Shown one piece after another: positions 11,864 to 20,377 of a stretch of 64,000 bases of DNA. The position numbers and the translations under genes were made by a program. Numbering within the stretch: position 1 is the stretch's first letter; every line of letters starts with the position of its first letter. A model generated the notes under the pieces. That model was given only the letters and a program-made list of their open reading frames with translations. It had not been told where the DNA came from and made no database searches. The stretch is from NCBI GenBank assembly GCA_963845755.1, contig CAWJTV010000011.1:704001-768000 (forward strand), read 5' to 3'. The DNA comes from an uncultured Planctomycetota bacterium. GTDB taxonomy: Bacteria > Planctomycetota > Planctomycetia > Isosphaerales > Isosphaeraceae.

Positions 11864-11944
11864 CGACTGTTGCTGAGGTCAATAACTCGGCAATAGGCCA
11901 GTAGAGTCGTCCTCCGTAGGATCCCTTCGCCCTGCGCGCCTCTG

Positions 11945-12032
11945 GGGATTCCGAATTCCGGATTCGAGATCCCGGATTCCCGGATCATTCCCCTTCGGGA
12001 ATCCGGGATCGCGAATCGGGAATCCCGATGGG
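11945..12032. repeat. inverted heptamer-repeat element (GATTCCG-like / GAATCCG-like arms)
   Basis: gattccg aattccg gattcga gatcccg gattccc ... gaatccg ggatcgc gaatcgg gaatccc. Confidence 0.75.
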
Positions 12033-12096
12033 GTTGCGGCCGAAGGCCGCGTTAGGTAGTCCCTATGCCGGTTACCTGTTCCATCCACGACCGAAT

Positions 12097-12480
12097 TTAC
12101 AGCGTCAGAAAGCCAAGCAAGAAAAGAACGATCGGGATCAGTAGCTTGGCGATGAACCAGGGAAACGTGCGTTGAGATCTTACGAGAAAATGCAGGATCG
12201 TAGCAGCTACGCAGAGGTTCATGTTCACACCTAACAGGAGATTGCACTCATGCGCCGGTCGCTCGCCGGGCTTATCGCCAACAAGTAGGGCGTCTGACAA
12301 TCCCAGCACTTGATGAACAGCCAGCATCAGCAGAAAGGGCACCAGGAAGGCCGGAGAAGCCCATGGCGATTGCAAGACCGAGAGGAATCTGAACCAGGTC
12401 CCGCGAGATGGTAGATTGTCTGTCGCCTGCGCATCTTTATTTAAAATACGTTCTGATTTTGAAGAATTCATCTCGACCAT
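12097..12480 (-). CDS. low-GC hypothetical membrane protein
   Basis: Three hydrophobic stretches; composition clearly lower in GC than its neighbours. Confidence 0.35.
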   Translation of the reverse strand: MVEMNSSKSERILNKDAQATDNLPSRGTWFRFLSVLQSPWASPAFLVPFLLMLAVHQVLGLSDALLVGDKPGERPAHECNLLLGVNMNLCVAATILHFLVRSQRTFPWFIAKLLIPIVLFLLGFLTL

Positions 12481-12661
12481 ATCCTATCAAGGACCGGCGA
12501 AACGGCGTGTTATCGTGGATGAACCAGATCGTGTCGAGGAGGGCCGACTTCCCGGAGCCGTCGGGCCCGAATCGGGTTTTGTCGGGCTCGAGATCGAGCG
12601 ACACATCGGCAAGGGAACGATAGTTCCGGATGTGGATCGATTTCAGTCGAACAGGGAACGT
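12437..12661 (-). pseudogene. N-terminal remnant of an AAA/ABC-type ATPase (AAA_15/AAA_21/SMC-like); not in the ORF track
   Basis: Hand translation: RLKSIHIRNYRSLADVSLDLEPDKTRFGPDGSGKSALLDTIWF; ACG stands where a start would be, just after GAGGAG. Confidence 0.75.
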
Positions 12662-12909
12662 TCGAGCGCTCCTCGCGGGTCATGATCGCGCGCCCTCTCA
12701 TCATCTTCGATGATACCCCCGCCCGGACAGCCGGGTAAACACTCAGCGATTCAAGACCGACGGCGCTCGGCCGGCAGATCTTCCCGCGTGGGATCGCATC
12801 TCGGCATCCATTCTGCAAGAATAAAATGCGCCAGGCCGACACGAGGGGACGCCGTCGTGACGGGGCGCCTCCATCGGAAGCCGCGGCAAGATTCGGAAGG
12901 AGAACGCCA

Positions 12910-13438
12910 ATGCCCAAGGCCAAGAAAACGACCAAGAAAGCGAGCCAGCCGGCCAAAGAGCAGGGAGGGTGCCTCTACTCGCTCGAGGTCTTCCTGATCG
13001 GCGGCAACCTCAGCGATTCGTTCGTCAAGAAGAATCCGGTGGTCTCGCGCATGATCCAGATTCGGGGGGACCAGACCCTGCAAGACCTGCATTACGCCAT
13101 CTTCGATGCCTTCGGCCGCTGGGAAGAACACATGTACGAGTTCCAGTTCGGCAAGGGGCCCATGGACCCGAAAGGGCCCCGGTATGTGATGCCGATGGCC
13201 TTCGAGAACCCACTCGGCGAGGACAATTCGCCGGCCGGCCGCCGTGGACACGACCACCATCGCATCCCTGGGCCTGAAGGTCGGCGACCGATTCGGCTAC
13301 TGGTTCGACTTCGGCGACGACTGGTGGCACCAGATCAACGTCGAGGCCGTCGAGGACACGGTTCCCCGGGGCAAGTTCCCGAAGGTGACGAAGCGGGTTG
13401 GCAAGAGCCCGCCGCAGTATCCGGACGAGGATGAGTAG
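12910..13438 (+). CDS. plasmid pRiA4b ORF-3 family protein; one frameshift near 13240
   Basis: RMIQIRGDQTLQDLHYAIFDAF...HMYEF followed in the other frame by YWFDFGDDWWHQI and PPQYP. Confidence 0.85.
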
Positions 13439-13590
13439 ACTCGATCTCGCAGAGATCGTTGCCCCGTGCACGCATCTTTTAGATAAACAGATGTAATAGC
13501 ACAAATTCCCAGATAATGCTGAACCGAGAATCCGGAATCTCGCATCCCGCCGCGATTGGTCCGATCGTCGGTCTTGATAGGAACCGTGCC

Positions 13591-14934
13591 ATGCGCCTAC
13601 CCGAGGACAAGATCAAGCAAGCCATCCTCGATCCCGACGGCGAGATCAGGGAAGGCGCGACCCGCTACTTCGCCGGGTCGTATCGCCCCGACCCTTCCAT
13701 CATGCCGATCGCCATCAAGGCGGTCGAGACCTACGGCCGGCAAGGCGCCTATCATCTGATCGGGCTGTCCAGGGATCTGTCGCAGACCGAGGAGACCATC
13801 ACGTGGGTCATCGACGAGCTGAACGACAAGCGGTGCGGTCAGTATGAGAACTATGCCTACAACCTGTCGATGATCTTGGTGGAGGCCGACCCCACACTGC
13901 TCTCGCCGAAGGAATCGTCGATCTACGAGGCCCGCCACTTCCTCCCCGACTTGATGGACGCCCTGGAGGAGCGGCTGCAAATGATGTCATGGGATGAGGC
14001 CACCTGCTGGAAGAACCTGGAGCAGCTCTGTGAGGAGGACAAGGACAAGGAATACGTCAACGAGTTCAACCTGGGCCGTGCCAACCATATTGTGGAGGCT
14101 CTGGCGCGACACGGCCCGTCGTGCGAGGAGAAGGTCCATTCGTTCCTGACCCAGAAGATCGAGGACTACCGTCACAACCCGATGGCGTGGCTGGAGCCGA
14201 TGGCCGTGTTCCTGGCCGGACGGGCACATCTGGAATCGACGATCCCGCTGATCGTCGCCAAGCTCCAGGAGGATGGCGGTGACTTGCTCAACCAGGCGTG
14301 CGCCGAGGCACTGGGCCGTATCGGCACGCCCGCTGTACTGGAGGCCGTCGCCGAGGCGTTCCCCGGGGCCGAACATCACTTCCGGATCTACGCGGCCGGA
14401 ATGCTCGAACACATTCATTCCGACCTGGCCGTGGAGACGTGCCTCCACCTGCTGGGCCTGGAGAAGGACGACGATATTTGCGTGTTCCTGGCGCACGCCC
14501 TTCTGTCTCACTTCGCGCCCGAGGGAATCGAAGCGGCGCGACAACTTCTCCTGGACCGCTCTTTCGGCTTCGAGGGTCAAGGACTGCGAAACGATCTGGT
14601 GACGACCGCCACGATCATGGGCGAGCGGTTCCCCGAACTCGATGAGTGGCGCGCCGCGGAGAAGGCCGAGCGGGAAGAACACCGGAGGGTGATGGAGCGC
14701 CTCGAGGGCAACCCGAGAGCCCAGCTACTCTACGGTCTATCGAAGCTGACCGGCGAGCCGATGCCTGATCTACCCCAGCTCAAGCCACCGCCCCCGCCCG
14801 CGCCTCGTCCGGCCTCACCCGCGCCCCGGCTGACCCCCTTCCGCAATCCCCAGGGCCATCAGACAGTCGGTAGGAACGCTCCTTGCCCCTGCGGAAGCGG
14901 GAAGAAGTTCAAGAACTGTTGCATGAGGAAATAA
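13591..14934 (+). CDS. HEAT-like helical protein with a C-terminal SEC-C zinc-binding motif
   Basis: C-terminal VGRNAPCPCGSGKKFKNCC after a Pro-rich linker; EALGRIG HEAT-like segment. Confidence 0.85.
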   Translation: MRLPEDKIKQAILDPDGEIREGATRYFAGSYRPDPSIMPIAIKAVETYGRQGAYHLIGLSRDLSQTEETITWVIDELNDKRCGQYENYAYNLSMILVEADPTLLSPKESSIYEARHFLPDLMDALEERLQMMSWDEATCWKNLEQLCEEDKDKEYVNEFNLGRANHIVEALARHGPSCEEKVHSFLTQKIEDYRHNPMAWLEPMAVFLAGRAHLESTIPLIVAKLQEDGGDLLNQACAEALGRIGTPAVLEAVAEAFPGAEHHFRIYAAGMLEHIHSDLAVETCLHLLGLEKDDDICVFLAHALLSHFAPEGIEAARQLLLDRSFGFEGQGLRNDLVTTATIMGERFPELDEWRAAEKAEREEHRRVMERLEGNPRAQLLYGLSKLTGEPMPDLPQLKPPPPPAPRPASPAPRLTPFRNPQGHQTVGRNAPCPCGSGKKFKNCCMRK

Positions 14935-15004
14935 AGGGAGAAGCACCGTCGTGTTGCCTGCGCTCTGCCCAGGAGCCGATGGTCGAGCATCACCGACCCG
15001 GAGG

Positions 15005-15391
15005 ATGACCATGGACCCCAGCGAGATCATCGAATCGCAGTGTGACGCTGCCCGCGACATCCTCGACCGCTTCGGCGCCGAGAAGGCGCTGGGCTACTTG
15101 ATCGGCGAGAAGTTCCTCAACTTCCTCGAGGTCGCCGAGACCAACGCCGAATGGCGGGAACTCATCCCGGATTATGTGGCCGAGATCCTCTCCATCTTCG
15201 AACCTCACCAACTGGCCGAGTACCTCGAGACGCCGCGTCGCTTGGGACCGTGGGGTCATACGGCCAGCGAGGAAGGGCACCGCGTATTACGAGCCGAGCA
15301 GGATGACTCGGAGACGGCGCGAGAGGATGCCAGGAACCTGTTACTGCTGGAATGGGCCAAGGAGTTGCTCCTCGACGAGCGGAGACCCTGA
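15005..15391 (+). CDS. hypothetical protein
   Basis: Acidic helical ORF (FGAEKALGYLIGEKFLNFL) with host-like codon use; start uncertain. Confidence 0.6.
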   Translation: MTMDPSEIIESQCDAARDILDRFGAEKALGYLIGEKFLNFLEVAETNAEWRELIPDYVAEILSIFEPHQLAEYLETPRRLGPWGHTASEEGHRVLRAEQDDSETAREDARNLLLLEWAKELLLDERRP

Positions 15392-15881
15392 CCGGCCGCA
15401 CCGTCATTGGTTCCATGGAAGACTCGAAGAGGTGATCCGCGCCGGCGCCGAGACTTCCCGGCAGAACTCCAGTACCGTTCGCGTGTAGAGATCCCGCGCG
15501 GAGTGGAGAAGGTCGCCGTGCTCGGCGCCGGGGATGAACACCAGCTTGCAATGGGACGTGATTCGACCGTGGAGCGCGCGGGCCTCCTCGGGGCGTGCCC
15601 GGCTGTCGGCCGCACCGGCGAGGATCAGGACGGGCACATCATCGGGGATGCCGGCGATCGCCTGGAAGGGGGAGATTTCGTCGAGGTGGGGCAGGAAGAC
15701 CGGCGCGACGAGTTTCAGCCCGGTGTAGGCGACATGGCTGAGCACGGGCGGCAGCGCGCACTCGACCCGGTTCCAGACGGCGGTCTTCAGGTCCTGGTAG
15801 GGGCTCTCAAGGATGTAGCCCCGGACGCGATGGGCCAGGTCCCGTGCGGCGAAGACGGCCGCCGCCGCGCCCATCGAGTTA

Positions 15882-17201
15882 GGAACAGCGAAAAAATAAC
15901 CTGAGCAATTATTTCTGGGGGCGGATTGTGTAGTTCCACTCTCCGTGAAACTTGGCCGGCGTTAACTTGAGGCTAGCAAGTTGCTCGTCACTGACCTCGA
16001 TTCCGGTCTCATATACGTCGGTATCCAGGAGGGCACGCACCGTCAGGCCCGTCTTCGTCGTCGTATTCGCGATGAGGTTCACGATCACCTGGTAGCTCGT
16101 CAGCGGCCGGCCCCGCCAGTTCTTGGTAATGAAGCAGAAGAGCCGATGTTCGATTTTGTTCCATTTACTGGTCCCCGGTGGGAAGTGACACACGCGCAGC
16201 GACATACCCAAGTCACTGGCCAGGTCTTGCAATGCCAGCTTCCACAGTCGGTTGCGGCTGCCATTGCTTCCGCCCCCGTCCGCGGTGATCATCAATTGCG
16301 TAGCTCGCGGATAGCGCCGGCAACCCATCTCCCGCCACCAGCGCCCGATGCTGGCCACCGCGAACCGCGCCGTATCGTGATCGATCCCCACGCTGACCCA
16401 GCCTTCGTTATGAGCGAGGTCGTATACCCCATAAGGGATCGCCTTACCCAACTTCTTGTCCGGGAAGTCATGGACTTTGACCTCCTCCGGCTCGCCTTTG
16501 GGTTGCCATTCCTCACCCGGGTTCTTGAATTCGCCGACCAATTCCTTCTTCTTGGTGTTAACGGACACGACCGGTTGACTGCGCCTCTGGTATGCGATCA
16601 CTTGTCGGTTGATGTACTCGAACTGGGCGTTGCGGTCCGGCTGCGAGGAGCCTTCTCTCGTCTTGCGATTGGCTTGCAGGCTATAGCCGGCCTTCTTCAG
16701 GAGGTGAGCGACCGCGCGGTCCGACACGGCGTGCCCCTGATTCCGAAGTTCCTCGGCCAACTTACTGGTGCTCTTACAGGTCCAGCGCAGCGGCGACTCC
16801 GGATGCCCTCGGGTCGCCGGATCGACCAAGACCTCCAAAGCTTGTTGCAATCCCGGGTCGGTCTCGGTCAGGAGCTTGCGACCGGCACCAGGGCGACGAA
16901 TCCGCAACGCGCGGCTCGGCTCCGGATGAGCACGACGATCTTCCAGTTCACGAAGCCCCGCCGCGATCGTATTACGAGCCACACCCGTAGCCAGGGAGAC
17001 GGCCGTGACGCCGCCCCAACCCAAGGCGGAAGCCTCAGTAGCTACCCACAGTCTGCGTATCTGCTCGTCCATCACAGGAGACAGCGCCAGGTACTTCTGC
17101 CGGATACACTCAATGGTGGTTGTGTCTTGCATGCGGCAAGGATCGTCGAAGCCGCATAATTCCGCAACCCGAAATTGCTCAACTTATTTTTTCGCGGTTC
17201 C
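15882..17201 (-). mobile_element. ISAzo13-family insertion sequence, 1320 bp, with about 29-bp imperfect IRs and a 3-bp TTA target duplication
   Basis: ggaacagcgaaaaaataacctgagcaatt / aattgctcaacttattttttcgcggttcc; tta at 15879-15881 and 17202-17204. Confidence 0.93.
15909..17132 (-). CDS. ISAzo13-family DDE transposase
   Basis: PESPLRWTCKS, GYSLQAN, DRNAQFEYIN, ADGGGSNG, PPGTSKWNKIEHRLF and FHGEWNY. Confidence 0.95.
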   Translation of the reverse strand: MQDTTTIECIRQKYLALSPVMDEQIRRLWVATEASALGWGGVTAVSLATGVARNTIAAGLRELEDRRAHPEPSRALRIRRPGAGRKLLTETDPGLQQALEVLVDPATRGHPESPLRWTCKSTSKLAEELRNQGHAVSDRAVAHLLKKAGYSLQANRKTREGSSQPDRNAQFEYINRQVIAYQRRSQPVVSVNTKKKELVGEFKNPGEEWQPKGEPEEVKVHDFPDKKLGKAIPYGVYDLAHNEGWVSVGIDHDTARFAVASIGRWWREMGCRRYPRATQLMITADGGGSNGSRNRLWKLALQDLASDLGMSLRVCHFPPGTSKWNKIEHRLFCFITKNWRGRPLTSYQVIVNLIANTTTKTGLTVRALLDTDVYETGIEVSDEQLASLKLTPAKFHGEWNYTIRPQK

Positions 17202-17860
17202 TTACCGTCAACAATCACCGACCGCCCGGGCCGGCGGGCCTCGAGGAATTCGACCGCCGCGATCACGTCGTGGCGGGCGCCGAAGCCGATGTCGTCGAAA
17301 TGGCCCGTCGAGTCGCCGTGCCCCCGGAGCGTGATCATCAGCACGGCATAGCCCTGCGACGCGAGGACCTTGGCCCGGATCAGGCTATTCCGCCGATGGC
17401 CCTTGTGGCCGTGGAGTACCAGCACGCTCGGCGCCTCGGCCCGACCGTCTACGAACCACGCGCCGATCTCCTCGCCGTCGCGGGTCGCGATGCGGTGGCT
17501 ATCCAATCGTCCCCAGTCCACGCTTGGCAGGGGCTCCGCGAACCGGCCCGTCAGACGATGGGTCAACAGATAGGCGACCGCCACGGAGATCAACAGCCAC
17601 CCGGCGCACAGAATCGTCGAGATGACGATCAATCGGCGCACGGTCCGGCGCCTCTTGAATTGCAGCAAACGAACGCGGATCACGCCTTTCAGTTCCCTCG
17701 GTCTGACGGCGGGCGACCCTCTCTCCACTGATACTCGGCTCGAGGATACAACAATTCGCCATGTTGAGGGAAGCCGAGCCTGCGTCGGCGGGACCTTCGA
17801 GCCAAGGCCGGCGGCGTGGTATGCTCAAGGTTCCGCCACTCGAGACCTGAGGAGATCCCC

Positions 17861-18292
17861 ATGCCCGACGACCGCATCGCCACGATTCGTCCGGTCGAGG
17901 AACTCGAGGCGACCGGGAAGGTCGCCGCGATCTTCGCCGACATCAAGGCCACCAAGAACATCGACTTCGTACCGGCCTTCTGGCGAGTCATCGCCACGAA
18001 TCCGGTTCAGCTCGAGCTGGTCTGGAACACACTCAAGTCGTTGATGCATCCCGAGTCGGTCGGCCGCGCGCCGCGGCTGGACCCGAAGACGCGCGAGATC
18101 ATCGCGCTGGCGGTCTCGGCGACGAATGGATGTCCGTACTGCATCAACTCGCACACCGCCGCGCTGCGCAAGCTCGGCCTGGACGAGGAGGCGCTCGGCG
18201 AGGTCATGGCGATCGTCGGCCTGTTCAACATGACCAATGCCCTGGCCAACGGCTACCAGGTCGAGCCGGACGTCCGGCCGAAACTGGATTGA
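17861..18292 (+). CDS. carboxymuconolactone decarboxylase / AhpD-like protein
   Basis: REIIALAVSATNGCPYCINSH motif; GGAG upstream of ATG 17861. Confidence 0.88.
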   Translation: MPDDRIATIRPVEELEATGKVAAIFADIKATKNIDFVPAFWRVIATNPVQLELVWNTLKSLMHPESVGRAPRLDPKTREIIALAVSATNGCPYCINSHTAALRKLGLDEEALGEVMAIVGLFNMTNALANGYQVEPDVRPKLD

Positions 18293-18307
18293 GAATCGAG
18301 ATGTCCC

Positions 18308-18958
18308 ATGACGCGCCGCTTCGTCGGTTGTCTCGCTCTGGCCGCGGGGCTTCTGACCGCCTCGGGCGTGGGTCTCCTGACACCGCCCCTCGCCGGTGCC
18401 GAGCCGGGTTCGGAGTCGCCGAGCGGGACGATCCGCCTTCCTGCCGGTCTGACCGCCCACTACGACTATCACTACGATCGCAACGCACGCCGCGCCGGCG
18501 ATGCGATCATCGCGCTCACCGAATCCGGCAACCTGCTGCGCTTCGATCTGGCAACGCTCAAGCTGACCCGTGAGTGGTTCGGCCCGGTACCGATCGCCTG
18601 TCTGGGCCGGGGCGAGCACGACGCGATCCTGGCGGGTTTCGAGAACGGCCGCGTCTGCCGGATCGAGCCGGCAACGCTGGCCTTGACCGAGGTTCTCCGG
18701 CTGACGGGCAAGCCGCGGTGGGTCGAGGCCGTGACCGATCGAGCCGGGCCGGCCGCGAAGACCCGGCTCATCGCCGTGTTCAATCAGACGCGGCCGGTCG
18801 AGCGGAACGGGACGCGATTCCCGATCAGCATCCCGGTCGTCCAGGAACTCGGTTCGGGTAAGACGTATCCCCTCGACTCGATCAAGAAGGAAGGCGCGGA
18901 CCCATGGACATTCGTAGGTATTTCCGTCTTCTCTATGCCCTCTGTGGCTCTGTGGTGA
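18308..18958 (+). CDS. exported hypothetical protein, possibly truncated
   Basis: Signal-peptide-like N-terminus; the last codons and stop come from a ctctgtggctctgtggtga repeat arm. Confidence 0.5.
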   Translation: MTRRFVGCLALAAGLLTASGVGLLTPPLAGAEPGSESPSGTIRLPAGLTAHYDYHYDRNARRAGDAIIALTESGNLLRFDLATLKLTREWFGPVPIACLGRGEHDAILAGFENGRVCRIEPATLALTEVLRLTGKPRWVEAVTDRAGPAAKTRLIAVFNQTRPVERNGTRFPISIPVVQELGSGKTYPLDSIKKEGADPWTFVGISVFSMPSVALW

Positions 18959-18968
18959 GACATTCGGG

Positions 18969-20377
18969 CTAGATATCGCCGAGGCGCCCCGTGGAATCGC
19001 CGAATCGTTCGAGCCCGGTCATCCCGAGGCGATCGGCCAGGCCGAGGAACAGGTTCGTCGTCGGTTTGGAGCCGTGCTTCACGTAACGGCCGGGCTTGAG
19101 CGTGCCGCCGCCGCCGCCGGCCAGCACCAGCGGGAGGTTGTCGTGGGTATGGCGATTGCCGTCGGCATTGCCGCTGCCATACAGGATCATCGCGTTGTGG
19201 AGCAGCGAGTGGCCGTCCACGTCCTTCGTCTCCTGAAGCTTATCCAGGAACCGGGCGAACTTCTGGACGTACCACAGGTCGATCTCCGCGACCTTCTGGA
19301 TCCAGTCGGCCCGGTTGCGGTGGTGGGTCAGGTCGTGATGGCCCTCGGAGATCCCGATGTGTTCAAACGAACGATTGCTACCATCGTGGGCCAGCAGCAG
19401 GGTCGCGACCCGCGTCGAATCGGTCTGGAACACCAGCACCAGCAGGTCGTACATGAGCTGGAGGTATTCGGCATAGTCCGAAGGGACGCCCATCGGCGTC
19501 TCGACGCGCGGGTCCGCGGCGTCGCCGAACCGTTCCGATTTCTCGATCCGCGTCTCGATCTCGCGCACGCTGGTCAGGTACTGGTCGAGCTTGGACTGGT
19601 CCTGAGGGTTGAGCCGCCGTTGCATGGAACGCGCGTCGTCCAGGACGAAATCGAGGATCGATCGCTGCTCGTGCCGCCGGCGCTCCAGGTTGGCTTTCCG
19701 ATCGCCGGGCGCGCCGGTTCCGAAGAGTCGCTCGAAGACCAGGCGCGGATTGGCCTCAGGCGTCATCGGCGTCGTGGGCGAACTCCAGGAGATGTTGTAC
19801 TGATAAACGCACGAGTAACCCGGAATCGCAGGCCCCGGTCTTCCGCGCCGGCTCACACGCCAGCTCCAGCGAGGGGAAGCGCGTGAGATGACCGATCCGA
19901 CGCGCCATCAACTGATCGATGGAGATGCCCGCGCGGATGTCCGTCGCGCTCTTCTTCAGCCGGACGCCGGTCAGGAACGTTCCGTTACCCCGCGCGTGAT
20001 CGCCTGCGCCATCGGGGCCGCCGGTCGCCGTTCGATGATTCAGACCGCCGAGGACCTGGATCAGCCGCCGGCTCGATTCCAGAGGCTGGAGAGTGCGGCT
20101 GAGTGGGAACTCGGCCCCCTCGTTCTTGGGCCACCACTGCGCCGGAATGGCCCCGTTGGGGAAGTACACGAAGGCCGCGCGCGAATGGCGCACCCGTGGC
20201 GGTCGTGGCCAGGCCGGAGGCGGTCGCCGGCACGGCAGCGATGGCGCGCGATGGCGCGAGCGACGCAAAGGCCGGCACAGCGAAGCCGGCGCCGAGCCGG
20301 CCGAGGAACTGTCAACGGTTGAAGTCCGGATCGCGCCGGGCGGCGCCCGAATCGTCCCGGTCGAGTCTCGATGTCAT
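18969..20377 (-). pseudogene. DUF1552-domain protein with an in-frame TGA (20312-20314) and two frameshifts (about 20183 and 19820)
   Basis: FVYFPNG, GDHARGNGTFLTG, SIDQ, CDSGYSC.Y..NISW, HHDLTHH, DGNRHTHDNLP and FGDSTG. Confidence 0.88.

Larger units (their letters stand above)
15404..17728 (-). pseudogene. alpha/beta hydrolase interrupted by an IS (5' part 17728-17202, 3' part 15881-15404)
   Basis: VLVLHGH, LRGHGDS, reconstructed G-N-S-M-G elbow, ILESPY, GAADSR and PGAEHGD. Confidence 0.9.

Noticed and set aside
20312..20314. Selenocysteine or recoded TGA
   Set aside because: The position corresponds to Arg in an RRxFL motif, not Cys, and TGA is a normal stop in neighbouring genes.
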